The notes under the pieces are model-generated. The model was not told the origin of the DNA and did no database searches. It saw nothing but the letters and a program-made list of their open reading frames with translations. A stretch of 64,000 nt of DNA from Thermodesulfobacteriota bacterium (lineage in GTDB: Bacteria > Desulfobacterota > Desulfobulbia > Desulfobulbales > SURF-16). The stretch covers positions 1 to 64,000 of the forward strand of contig JBFMAY010000019.1 of assembly GCA_040755455.1 (NCBI GenBank), given 5' to 3'. Below, piece by piece: positions 39,193 through 48,438 of the stretch; position 1 is the stretch's first letter; every line of letters begins with the position of its first letter. The translations under genes and the position numbers were made by a program.

Positions 39193-41307
39193 ATGAAAAA
39201 ATCAGTTTACTCCATTTGCGGCATGTGCACGGTGCGCTGTCCTATTCGGGTGGAGACTGAAAACAACCGCGTGACATGGATTGAGGGTAATCCGCACCTG
39301 CTGGACTGCGCCCTGTGCGCGAAAGGTTCGGCAGGCATGGCGCTGATCGATGATACGGAACGGCCGCAGCAACCCCTCATCCGTGAGGGCGGGCGCGGGG
39401 CTGGACGCTGGCAGAAGGTAAGCTGGACCACCGCCTACGATTATATCGCGGACAAACTCAAAAAAATCAAGAAGGAACACGGACCGGAATCGGTGGTTCT
39501 CTCCTCCCGGGGCGGCCCTTGGCAGAACATGTACAAGACCTTTATTCATGCCTTCGGCTCGCCCAACTACACGAACCACGACAACACCTGCGGCCGCAAC
39601 CCGCACCATGCCAGCCTGTCCATTAACGGGGTGGGCAGGAAGGATTTCATTTACGACATCAAGAACGCCAATCATCTGGTTCTTTTCGGCCGCAACATGT
39701 TCGCCTCACTGCGCATCGCCGAAAACCTGCAGACCATGGACATGCTGGACCGGGGCGGCAAGCTCACCTATGTGGACGTCCGCCAGACCATGACCGGCCT
39801 GAAGGCCACCCGTTTTTTCCAGGTGCGGCCGGGCACGGATTACGCCCTGGCGCTGGCCATGATCCACGAGATCATCAAAAAGCAACTCTATGATGCAGAC
39901 TTTATCCAGCGCTATGCCAGCGGTTTTGACGAGCTGTGCTCCTTCATCGGTCCGTATTCGCCGGAATGGGCGGCCAAGGAATGCGGGGTCAAGGAAAGCG
40001 CCATCAAGGATTTCATTGACGAAGTGGCGGAAGACCGGCCCAGGGTCATCTTTCATCCCGGCTGGAACCTGTCGCGCTATAAGGATTCCTTTTATGCCAG
40101 CCGCGCCCTGCACCTGCTCAATGTCCTGATGGGCAACATCGAGATGCAGGGCGGCCTCATCATCCCCAAGGGCGCGGCTGACTGCGGCATGAAAGGTATC
40201 CGCAGCCTTGACTGTCCCAAGCCTGACATCAAGCGGGGTGATGGCGTCGGCTGGAAATACAAACATTTTGACAAGGGTCCCGGGCTGGCGCACCTCTTTT
40301 TCAACACCATGCTGAGCGAAGACCCTTACCCCATCAAGGCGTGGATCGCCATGCGCCATGATCCCTTCTGCGCCATGCCCGATCCCCAGCGCCAGAAACG
40401 GGCCATGGACAAATGCGACCTGCTGGTCTCCATCGACACCCATTACAGCGAATTCGGCTGGTATGCGGATGTCATCCTGCCGGAATCCACCTACCTTGAA
40501 CGGGACAACCCCATCTGCCTGCAAAAGGGGCTGAAACCAAGACTTGCCGTGCGCCGCAAGGCCGTTGAGCCCAAGTTCGACACCAAACCCTCCTGGGAGA
40601 TTTTCAAGCAGCTGGCAGATCGACTGGATATCGGCGCCCATTTTCCCTACAACTCCATTGAGGAACTATGGGCCTGGCAGCTTGAACCAACCGGCCACAC
40701 CATGCAAGATTTTGACGAGAAAGGTTTTGTCTCCCTGACCGACAAACCGATCATGTATGACCGCGACAAACTTGACGGGCAGTTTAAAACACCATCGGGC
40801 AAGATCGAAATCATCAGCAAGAAACTGACGGATGCCGGGCTTCCTTCACTGAAACCGTACCAGTCGCCGATCAAGCCGCCCAAGGGCATGTTCCGCCTGG
40901 TCTACGGCCGTTCCGCGGTCCATACCCACGGCCACACCATCAACAATCCGCTGCTTGCCGAACTGATGCCGGCCAATACCCTGTGGATCAATACCCGGGC
41001 GGCAAACAAGCTGGGCATCAACCATGGCGATCTGGTGGATGTCATCTCCGAAGACAGCAGCTACACCGGAACAGTGCATGCCAATGTCACCGACTTCATC
41101 CATCCCGAGGCGGTATACACCGTGCACGGCTTCGGCCGCCAGATTCCCCTGCAGACCCGGGCCTACCATGCGGGCCTCAGCGACCAGAAGCTGATGGTGG
41201 GCAAACTTGATGACTGGGATGAGGCCGGCGGGGCCATCAATCTCTGCGAATCCTTTGTTTTTGTACGCCGGAGCGTCAGAACCCCGAAAAGGAGGGTTGA
41301 ATTATGA
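39193..41307 (+). CDS. Molybdopterin (bis-MGD) oxidoreductase catalytic subunit, PhsA/PsrA-like, no Tat signal
   Basis: N-terminal CGMCTVRC...C Fe-S motif starting at residue 9; SPNYTNHDNTC (Cys ligand region); RPGTDYAL; ADVILPESTYLER; HTHGHT. Confidence 0.9.
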   Translation: MKKSVYSICGMCTVRCPIRVETENNRVTWIEGNPHLLDCALCAKGSAGMALIDDTERPQQPLIREGGRGAGRWQKVSWTTAYDYIADKLKKIKKEHGPESVVLSSRGGPWQNMYKTFIHAFGSPNYTNHDNTCGRNPHHASLSINGVGRKDFIYDIKNANHLVLFGRNMFASLRIAENLQTMDMLDRGGKLTYVDVRQTMTGLKATRFFQVRPGTDYALALAMIHEIIKKQLYDADFIQRYASGFDELCSFIGPYSPEWAAKECGVKESAIKDFIDEVAEDRPRVIFHPGWNLSRYKDSFYASRALHLLNVLMGNIEMQGGLIIPKGAADCGMKGIRSLDCPKPDIKRGDGVGWKYKHFDKGPGLAHLFFNTMLSEDPYPIKAWIAMRHDPFCAMPDPQRQKRAMDKCDLLVSIDTHYSEFGWYADVILPESTYLERDNPICLQKGLKPRLAVRRKAVEPKFDTKPSWEIFKQLADRLDIGAHFPYNSIEELWAWQLEPTGHTMQDFDEKGFVSLTDKPIMYDRDKLDGQFKTPSGKIEIISKKLTDAGLPSLKPYQSPIKPPKGMFRLVYGRSAVHTHGHTINNPLLAELMPANTLWINTRAANKLGINHGDLVDVISEDSSYTGTVHANVTDFIHPEAVYTVHGFGRQIPLQTRAYHAGLSDQKLMVGKLDDWDEAGGAINLCESFVFVRRSVRTPKRRVEL

Positions 41308-41759
41308 ACAAATACATGATCCATCTGAACACCAAAAGGTGCATTGGCTGCCACGGCTGCGAGGTCCATTGCAAGACCAACAAAGGACTGCCGGTGGGGC
41401 CCATCCTCTGCGAGATTGACCACAAGCCGCTCAAATCAATCAAGGGCGTGCCCAAGACCGAATTTTCCTTCAAGGCCTGCTATCACTGCGATGATCCGTT
41501 TTGCGTGCCGGTCTGCCCCACCGGCGCCATGACCAAACGCCCCGACGGCATCGTCCATGTGGATTTTGACAAATGCATCGGCTGCATGGCCTGCCAGGGC
41601 GCCTGCCCATGGCAGATCCCGCAGCATAATCCGGAAACCAACAAGGCGGTGAAATGCGATTTCTGCATGGACCGGGTGGATCAAGGCCTCAAGCCCGCCT
41701 GCGTCACAAAATGCACGACCCACGCCCTGAAGTTCATCATCCTGCACGAAATGGCGTGA
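41304..41759 (+). CDS. 4Fe-4S multicluster electron-transfer subunit (PhsB/PsrB/DmsB-like)
   Basis: CIGCHGCEVHC, CYHCDDPFCVPVCP, CIGCMACQGACP and KCDFC...PACVTKC motifs. Confidence 0.93.
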   Translation: MNKYMIHLNTKRCIGCHGCEVHCKTNKGLPVGPILCEIDHKPLKSIKGVPKTEFSFKACYHCDDPFCVPVCPTGAMTKRPDGIVHVDFDKCIGCMACQGACPWQIPQHNPETNKAVKCDFCMDRVDQGLKPACVTKCTTHALKFIILHEMA

Positions 41760-41817
41760 AACATGGAAGCTCAAGGGCACCTTCGCCGTGCCGACATCTC
41801 AAGATAAGGAGGAAAAC

Positions 41818-43020
41818 ATGAAAAGAAGTCTTCGAATGTTGACGATGCTGTCAGTTTTTATTGTCTGCGCCCTGGCAGGTACCATGGCGCATGCCCAGGA
41901 AGGAACGCCGCCCGCCGTGCAGATCGATAAAACGTCATTAAATAACGGCGGGGTTATCAAGGTCACGGGCAAGGCCCCGGCAGGCATGCCCGTCTATCTG
42001 GAGGTATGGGCCGCCGACAAGGCCGTCCGCGCCAACTTTTTTGACAGCAAAAAGGACGAGAAGACCGGCCAGATTCCTTATGTCTTCTACCTGACGTACG
42101 ACATGCCGGCCTATTACAAGATCTTTGTTCCCATTGATAAAAAAGATAAAATCGCCGAGCTGAAGAAGGCCGGCAAAAAATGGAAATACTCCGAGGCCAT
42201 CAAAGAACTCGGCGCCGATGTGGCCTACAGTGTTCCGGCCAAAATGAAGATAGACCGTTATAAGGCTACCCTCATGGCCAGCGTCGTCGGCAGCCGGGGT
42301 AATCTGCTTGAGCAGATGGACGACAAGGAAAACAGAAGGCGCTCCATGCAGCTGGTCAAGGCCAGATTCCAAGACATTGACAAGGTGCTCGGCCCGGATG
42401 TCACGGTCAACCCTGACGGCACCTTTTCCGCTGAAATCAAGATCCGCGAAGGCCTTGCTCCGGGAAAATACAACATTGTCGCCGTCTGTGACAAAAACCT
42501 GAAAAGCGCCCCGGCCGTCTTTGAAAACAACATCTCTTTTCCCATGGTGTATCTGGGAACCGCCGGCACCAGCCAGAATATACTGTGGCCTTTTCTGCTG
42601 TGTCTCGTCATCTCCGTCTTCGGCGTCCTGATGGGCGCGGGCGGCGGTTTTATTCTCAATCCCATACTGGTCAGCCTGTTCCCGCTGCCGCACACCATTG
42701 TGGCCGGTACCGTTACGCCAACGGTGCTTTTTTCCCAGGGCAGCGGTATTTACAACTATTCAAAGATCAACTTCATCAACTGGAAACTGGGAGGGGCGAT
42801 TGGCTGCGCCATGCTGCTCGGCGGCTTCATCGGGCCCAAGCTGACTGAACTTATTACCCTCGATCAGTTCAAATTCGCCTTCGGCTGGATTCTCTTGGTG
42901 CTGGCGGGATTGATGTACTGGCAGACCACGGCCGGCTATCTGGCCAAGAACAAGAAAGAGCAGGCCATCCTGAAGGAATTCAAGAAAAGAGCCGAAGAAG
43001 CCGCCAAGGCCAAACAATAA
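41818..43020 (+). CDS. TauE/SafE-family transporter half with a large exported N-terminal domain
   Basis: Signal peptide ...MAHA; about 220-aa soluble domain; then GVLMGAGGGFILNP and GGFIGP TM motifs; SD AAGGAGG. Confidence 0.85.
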   Translation: MKRSLRMLTMLSVFIVCALAGTMAHAQEGTPPAVQIDKTSLNNGGVIKVTGKAPAGMPVYLEVWAADKAVRANFFDSKKDEKTGQIPYVFYLTYDMPAYYKIFVPIDKKDKIAELKKAGKKWKYSEAIKELGADVAYSVPAKMKIDRYKATLMASVVGSRGNLLEQMDDKENRRRSMQLVKARFQDIDKVLGPDVTVNPDGTFSAEIKIREGLAPGKYNIVAVCDKNLKSAPAVFENNISFPMVYLGTAGTSQNILWPFLLCLVISVFGVLMGAGGGFILNPILVSLFPLPHTIVAGTVTPTVLFSQGSGIYNYSKINFINWKLGGAIGCAMLLGGFIGPKLTELITLDQFKFAFGWILLVLAGLMYWQTTAGYLAKNKKEQAILKEFKKRAEEAAKAKQ

Positions 43021-43030
43021 GAGAGGAGGA

Positions 43031-43426
43031 ATGACAATGAAAGTAGATTTCTGGGGTCAGGAATTTGAAGCAAATATGGTTGTCGGCTGTATCGGCGGTT
43101 TTCTCATCGCGGTCATGTCCTCCATGTTCGGTTTCGGCGGAGGTCCGTTCATGGTTCCGCTTATGACGGTGGGCCTGCGCCTGCCGATGTATATTGTGGT
43201 GGGCAGCTCTTTGCTCGCCATATTCTTCAACACATCCATGAGTTCAATCAGGCATTTCCAGTTCGGCAATTTTGACCTTATCCTCTTTCTCTGCATGTTT
43301 CCCGCCGCCCTGCTGGGAGGATACATCGGTCCGCAGATAGCGAAACGGGTCAACCCGATTGTGGTCAAAAGGGTTGCCTGCGCAGGACTGCTGCTGCTCA
43401 GCCTGAATCTGTTGGGCCTTTATTAA
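43031..43426 (+). CDS. TauE/SafE-family transporter, second half
   Basis: SSMFGFGGGPFMVP, VGSSL and GGYIGP motifs; own SD GGAGG. Confidence 0.85.
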   Translation: MTMKVDFWGQEFEANMVVGCIGGFLIAVMSSMFGFGGGPFMVPLMTVGLRLPMYIVVGSSLLAIFFNTSMSSIRHFQFGNFDLILFLCMFPAALLGGYIGPQIAKRVNPIVVKRVACAGLLLLSLNLLGLY

Positions 43427-43459
43427 CATTCAACTTTCTTATTGTTCTGACATTTTGCC

Positions 43460-43497
43460 GTAACAAATCCGGGCCATGAGGGCCCGGATTTGTTACT
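43460..43497 (+). terminator. Strong hairpin (probable terminator) after the TauE genes
   Basis: GTAACAAATCCGGGCC-loop-GGCCCGGATTTGTTAC followed by TTT. Confidence 0.7.
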
Positions 43498-43665
43498 TTC
43501 CCCCCATGGTCAAGGACTTCCCGCAAGACACTTCAACATACAAAAGCCGCCTCTGCCAGTAAATCTCAATGGAGGTTTTTAAAAAAATATGGCAAAACAT
43601 CTGGTAGGCTATCAGACAGATTCATCCAGACATACTTTCACTTCCTCAGCTCCCTGAAGGACGCC

Positions 43666-45144
43666 ATGAAAAAATCAGCCTCCGCGCCAGTCACTGACAG
43701 CAAACAGCTGGTAATGATCGTTGATGACGAACCGGACATGTTGAATATGCTCAAACTGGTGCTGGCCCGGCAATGCGACTGCGAAGTGATGCTGGCCGCC
43801 ACCGGTCTCATGGCCCTGGGGGAGCTGGAGAGCTGCCGCCCCGACGTGGTGGTGACCGATATCAAAATGCCGGACCTTGACGGGCTGCTCCTGCTGAAAA
43901 AAATCATGGAGCTGGATAAAACCATTTCCGTGGTTGTCATGACCGGCTACGGGACCATTGAGATGGCGGTGCAGGCCTTGAAAGACGGCGCCTATGATTT
44001 TCTGCAGAAGCCCTTTGACAAGGACCATATCGTCCGGGTGGTCCGCTATTGTCTTGAACGGACCCGTCTTCTCCGTGACAACCGCCAGCTCCAGGAAAAA
44101 CTGGATGATCTCGCCCCGCCCCATGGCTTTATCGGCCAGTCGCCTGCCCTGCGCAAGGTTCTTGACCTCATCGCCAGGATTGCCGACACGGACGCCACCG
44201 TGCTGATCCGCGGCGCAAGCGGAACCGGCAAGGAACTGGCGGCCCGGGCCCTGCATGCCTTGAGCAACAGAAAACAGCAGCGGATGATCACGGTCAACTG
44301 CCCGGCCCTGCCGGAACAGATCCTGGAAAGCGAGCTGTTCGGATACTGCAAAGGGGCCTTTACCGGCGCGACCCAGGATAAGAAAGGCCTTTTCCTGGCC
44401 GCCGATCAATCGACCATCCTGCTTGACGAAATCGCCGACATCCCGGTCTCCGTTCAGACCAAACTGCTGCGCGTTCTCCAGGAAAAAGAGATCCAGCCCC
44501 TGGGGCAGAACAACACCATCAAGGTTGATGCGCGGGTGGTCGCCTCCACCAATCAGGATCTTGAGGCCAGGATTCCGGCCAGGGAATTCCGCGCAGACCT
44601 TTTCTACCGTTTAAACGTCGTCACCGTGAAAATGCCCGGTTTGCAGGACATGCGCGAGGACATTCCCCTGCTGGTCCACCATTTCCTGGAACGCTACAAA
44701 CGGCAGCATAACCGGCCTGATCTTCTGCTGGCCCCGGAGGCCCTCCAGTTCCTCTGTCAGCAGCAATGGCCGGGTAATGTGCGGGAACTGCAGAATACGA
44801 TCAAACGAGCGGTGCTGCTTGCCCCCGGCAATACCCTTTCGCTCTCGGACTTCCGCGCCGGGGATGAACAGGCTGAGCGGCCCTGCCCCCCGGAGGACCA
44901 GATGGAGAAGCTGGCCGGTCTTTCCTACCATGAGGCCAAGGCCGCGGTGGTGCGGCAATTTTCAATCGCCTACCTGCGCAAGCTTCTCTCCAGGCATCAG
45001 GGCAACGTCACCGCCGCAGCCAGACAGTGCGGCCTGGAGAGACAGGCATTGCAGCGCATCATGCGGCGGCATGGTTTGCTTTCCAGTGAGTTCAGGTCTC
45101 CCGGCGGACCGCCGACCGCGAAGTCAGTAAATAAGCCGCAGTAA
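43666..45144 (+). CDS. Sigma54-dependent response regulator (NtrC family)
   Basis: Receiver domain, GASGTGKE, GAFTGA, WPGNVREL and HTH GNVTAAARQCGLERQAL. Confidence 0.95.
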   Translation: MKKSASAPVTDSKQLVMIVDDEPDMLNMLKLVLARQCDCEVMLAATGLMALGELESCRPDVVVTDIKMPDLDGLLLLKKIMELDKTISVVVMTGYGTIEMAVQALKDGAYDFLQKPFDKDHIVRVVRYCLERTRLLRDNRQLQEKLDDLAPPHGFIGQSPALRKVLDLIARIADTDATVLIRGASGTGKELAARALHALSNRKQQRMITVNCPALPEQILESELFGYCKGAFTGATQDKKGLFLAADQSTILLDEIADIPVSVQTKLLRVLQEKEIQPLGQNNTIKVDARVVASTNQDLEARIPAREFRADLFYRLNVVTVKMPGLQDMREDIPLLVHHFLERYKRQHNRPDLLLAPEALQFLCQQQWPGNVRELQNTIKRAVLLAPGNTLSLSDFRAGDEQAERPCPPEDQMEKLAGLSYHEAKAAVVRQFSIAYLRKLLSRHQGNVTAAARQCGLERQALQRIMRRHGLLSSEFRSPGGPPTAKSVNKPQ

Positions 45145-45182
45145 AAAAAAGGAGCGCCGTCTGGAGGTCAGCGACGGCATAA

Positions 45183-45232
45183 GAAGCCGTAACGAAATGA
45201 TCAACAATGACGAGGTTTTTCGTAACGGCTCC
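45183..45232. mobile_element. 50-bp MITE-like palindromic element, copy 2
   Basis: GAAGCCGTAACGAAA...TTTCGTAACGGCTCC; flanks TAA / CAA. Confidence 0.65.
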
Positions 45233-45252
45233 CAAATGAAAAGGAGGAGGTT

Positions 45253-45912
45253 ATGGCTGCAACACACGGTTTCCGGCAGAAATTCTTTATCGTCCTGGCA
45301 TTTGTCATCCTGCAGACGGGCATCGGCCTGCCCGCGGCCCGCGCCGCCCTGAACCCGGCAAATTTCACCACCGACCTGAACCAGCTGGTCATCAGCGGCA
45401 ACACCCTGCTTGCCACCATGGAAAACGTCACCCTCAGCTCGTTCACCATGGCAAGCCAGCTCACCAGCCTGCAAAACTCGGTGCAGGTCTATCTGGACAG
45501 TGTGGGAACGGTGTACCGCACCGTGGCCGGCTCGGTTGACAACACCACCATGAGCCTGACGGACGACATGCTGGTGCCGCTGCAGACCCTGGTCGCCATC
45601 ACCGCCTCCCTGGCCCAGTCCGCGGCCGCCCTGATGACCCGGATGGTGGTGCTTGCCCCGGCCACCTCGCTGTCCACCCTGAGCGCCTCGCTTGACGCCA
45701 TGCTGCGCCTGTCCTCCGACATCGGCGTCATGGCGGACCGCATCCTGGAGATGGGAAGCATGATCCTCATCATGGCGGATAATATCGGCATCATGGCCGA
45801 CCGCATCCTGGCCACCCAGGTCATTCAGGGGGACAATATCAAGATCGTGGTTGACGCAAGCCTGGAAACCCAGAAGAACATCCTGATGCTGTTCAGTATG
45901 TTCGCCCTGTGA
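45253..45912 (+). CDS. Secreted helical protein with (I/L)xxMADRI heptad repeats
   Basis: Signal peptide ...AARA; SD AAGGAGG; DIGVMADRILEMGSMILIMADNIGIMADRILATQ. Confidence 0.8.
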   Translation: MAATHGFRQKFFIVLAFVILQTGIGLPAARAALNPANFTTDLNQLVISGNTLLATMENVTLSSFTMASQLTSLQNSVQVYLDSVGTVYRTVAGSVDNTTMSLTDDMLVPLQTLVAITASLAQSAAALMTRMVVLAPATSLSTLSASLDAMLRLSSDIGVMADRILEMGSMILIMADNIGIMADRILATQVIQGDNIKIVVDASLETQKNILMLFSMFAL

Positions 45913-46129
45913 GCAGGCACACGTGAGAGAGCGGGCGGTTGCCGCCCGCTTTGCTCCACAGAGGCAAAAAAGCCGCCGGGAGCCTCCATAAACGGCCTGC
46001 CCCGCTTATTCCTATCCCCTGCCGTGACACTTTACCACATTGACATCGGCAAATTATCATTTTACATGAAAGAACAGGTCAGGGAACAATCATCCACAGC
46101 TATTGCCACAACCGTAGACACCATCAGCT

Positions 46130-47764
46130 ATGCTAAACGACCTACTCAACTGGCTTCTTAACGAAGAAAACCGCAAACTTGTCTCCTGGGTGGGAGGCGG
46201 GCTGGTGACAATCGTCGGCGGACTGTGGACTCTCTATACCTACTTTTACAAATCCCCCGAAAAATCAACCCCTGCACCGGGTCCGATAACCACGGGTGAT
46301 ATCCACAGCGGTGGAGATGTCGTGGTCGGTCCGGGAACCATTGATAGGCGAACCTACAATTATGCCGGCCTCAGCGATATTGAGGTGGCGAAGCAGCTGG
46401 GGGTGGCCGAGGCGGCGGTCAAAAACTTCCTCAAGATCCTCGATCAACAACATGTCCCCGTTGCCGAATGGGACAACACCCTGCGGCAATTGGCCGAACG
46501 TTACCAGGAACTGCAGAAGCGGGCCGCCCTGCTGGCAGCCGACGACCCCGACGTGCGCTCCCTGCAGGACCAGGCCAGGCAGGCCATTGATGTTGCCGAC
46601 TTTGCCAGGGCCGAGGCCTTGTTGGCGAAAGCCGTTGAGCTGGACAACGCGGCGGCGGAAAAATTCAAGGAAAGCTATATAAAACGAAAACGCTCGGCCG
46701 CCGAGAGCCAGGCCTTACAGGCCAAATCGTTGCACACCCGTTTTGCCCTGCCACAAGCCATAGACTCTTATCAGCAGGCCATAGAGCTTGCCAAGCAAGG
46801 GGATGATACTAATCAGGTGGCTGATTATCAATGGACGCTGGGCGTGGTTTATGCCGATAACGCCTCCTACGACCAGGCCATAGCCAGTTATGAAAACGCA
46901 TTACACCACTATGTGACCCTGGAAGGTGAAGAGTCGATCAACGTCGCAACACTGCGCAACAACCTGGGAGCTGCCTGGTGGAATAAAGGCGAGTACGACA
47001 AGGCCATTGAATATTATGAAAAGGCCCTGGCCGTGGACAGGAAGGCCTTTGGCGATGAGCATCCCAATGTAGCAAGGGACTGGAATAACCTGGGAGCTGC
47101 CTGGGCGGATAAAGGCGAGTACGACAAGGCCATTGAATATTATGAAAAGGCTCTGGCCGTGCACAGCAAGGCCTTCGGCGATGAGCATCCCAAGGTGGCC
47201 GGGGACTGGAACAACCTGGGCATTGCCTGGCGGAACAAAGGTGAATACGACAAGGCCATTGAATATTATGGCAAGGCCCTGGTCGTGGACAGGAAGGCCT
47301 TTGGCGATAAGCATCCGAATGTGGCAAGGGATTGGAACAACCTGGGCATTGCCTGGTGGAATAAAGGCGACCTCGATAAGGCCATCGCCTATTATGATAT
47401 GGCCCTGACCGTGGACAGGAAGGCCTTTGGCGATGAGCATCCGAATGTGGCAAGGGACTGGAACAACCTGGGCCTTGCCTGGGCGGATAAAGGCGAATAC
47501 GACAAGGCCATCGCCTATTATGACATGGCCCTGGCCATGGACAGAAAGGCCTTTGGCGATGAGCATCCGGGTGTGGCCACGGATTGGAATAACCTGGGCG
47601 TTGCCTGGGCAAATAAAGGCGAATACGACAAGGCCGTCGCCTATTATGACAAGGCCCTGGCCGTGTGGAGCGACAAATTAGGACCTGATCATCCGCATAC
47701 GAAAATCGCCAGAGACAATATTACGAAAGCCAGGCAGCAGCTGGCGGAACAGGGCAATAAATAA
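46130..47764 (+). CDS. Tetratricopeptide-repeat protein (42-aa kinesin-light-chain-type repeats) with an N-terminal TM anchor
   Basis: Six copies of NNLGxAWxxKGEYDKAIxYYxxALAVDRKAFGDEHPxVA; C-terminal LGPDHPHT cap. Confidence 0.92.
   Translation: MLNDLLNWLLNEENRKLVSWVGGGLVTIVGGLWTLYTYFYKSPEKSTPAPGPITTGDIHSGGDVVVGPGTIDRRTYNYAGLSDIEVAKQLGVAEAAVKNFLKILDQQHVPVAEWDNTLRQLAERYQELQKRAALLAADDPDVRSLQDQARQAIDVADFARAEALLAKAVELDNAAAEKFKESYIKRKRSAAESQALQAKSLHTRFALPQAIDSYQQAIELAKQGDDTNQVADYQWTLGVVYADNASYDQAIASYENALHHYVTLEGEESINVATLRNNLGAAWWNKGEYDKAIEYYEKALAVDRKAFGDEHPNVARDWNNLGAAWADKGEYDKAIEYYEKALAVHSKAFGDEHPKVAGDWNNLGIAWRNKGEYDKAIEYYGKALVVDRKAFGDKHPNVARDWNNLGIAWWNKGDLDKAIAYYDMALTVDRKAFGDEHPNVARDWNNLGLAWADKGEYDKAIAYYDMALAMDRKAFGDEHPGVATDWNNLGVAWANKGEYDKAVAYYDKALAVWSDKLGPDHPHTKIARDNITKARQQLAEQGNK
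46958..47700 (+). repeat. 126-bp tandem repeat, about 6 copies, inside the TPR gene
   Basis: AAYAACCTGGG recurs at 46958, 47084, 47210, 47336, 47462 and 47588. Confidence 0.95.
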
Positions 47765-47844
47765 GAACCAGACCCTGACCCCGCCGGGTGTCACATAAGT
47801 ACACGCCTCACGAATCCTTCCACCCCTTGGCCCAGGCAAAAAAC

Positions 47845-48321
47845 TTAAAACCCGGAAAAAATCTCCCCAGGCGCCTCGGGAAAACGACGCTGCAGCCCGT
47901 TGAAGTATTCCGGCCCGTCCAGGCAGTCGGGATGGTCCTGCTCGGTGCAGGCCAGCTCGCAGATCCGCCATGCGCCGTTTACCTTGTGGAGGAGGGCGGC
48001 GATATCCTCATAGCTGTTTTTCCCATCAGGTGACTGCGGCCGGGTCTGGAGCCAGGCCCAGTCATCTTTTACTTGCAGATGGGTGATGACAAACCGCGCG
48101 TCAAGGCCGTGCAGGGCCTTCACCTCCTGCCGCAGGGCATGGATAATGGCCCGGCGCTCACCGCTGCCAACCGGAGGGGTCCAGACCTGCTGGCCGGCAT
48201 GGGCATGGGATGAAAGAAAGGCTGCGGTCATAAATACTACCGCTGTCCAGGCCAGGATAATCAGCCGCAAGCGGTTAACAGGCCGCGGGTACTGCAGATC
48301 AACAGACAACAGAATTTTCAT
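47845..48321 (-). CDS. Hypothetical secreted protein
   Basis: Signal-like ...SHAHA; TPPVGSGERRAIIHALR and VKDDWAW; three Cys near the C-terminus. Confidence 0.7.
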   Translation of the reverse strand: MKILLSVDLQYPRPVNRLRLIILAWTAVVFMTAAFLSSHAHAGQQVWTPPVGSGERRAIIHALRQEVKALHGLDARFVITHLQVKDDWAWLQTRPQSPDGKNSYEDIAALLHKVNGAWRICELACTEQDHPDCLDGPEYFNGLQRRFPEAPGEIFSGF

Positions 48322-48367
48322 GTCAGTATATGGAAGTCACTGCTGCAGGGTTGCTTGTTATTCCGCG

Positions 48368-48438
48368 GTAGGAGCGGGCCATGCCCGCGATAACGGGGTC
48401 TCGCAATGCCACAGGTCGCGGGCATGGCCCGCTCCTAC
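48368..48438. repeat. GTAG-family REP doublet (REPIN-like)
   Basis: GTAGGAGCGGGCCATGCCCGCGA-N25-TCGCGGGCATGGCCCGCTCCTAC; perfect 23-bp inverted repeat. Confidence 0.9.

Noticed and set aside
46958..47700. CRISPR array or DGR template/variable repeat
   Set aside because: The repeats are contiguous in-frame 126-bp coding units without unique spacers; there is no cas or reverse transcriptase gene and no adenine-specific variation
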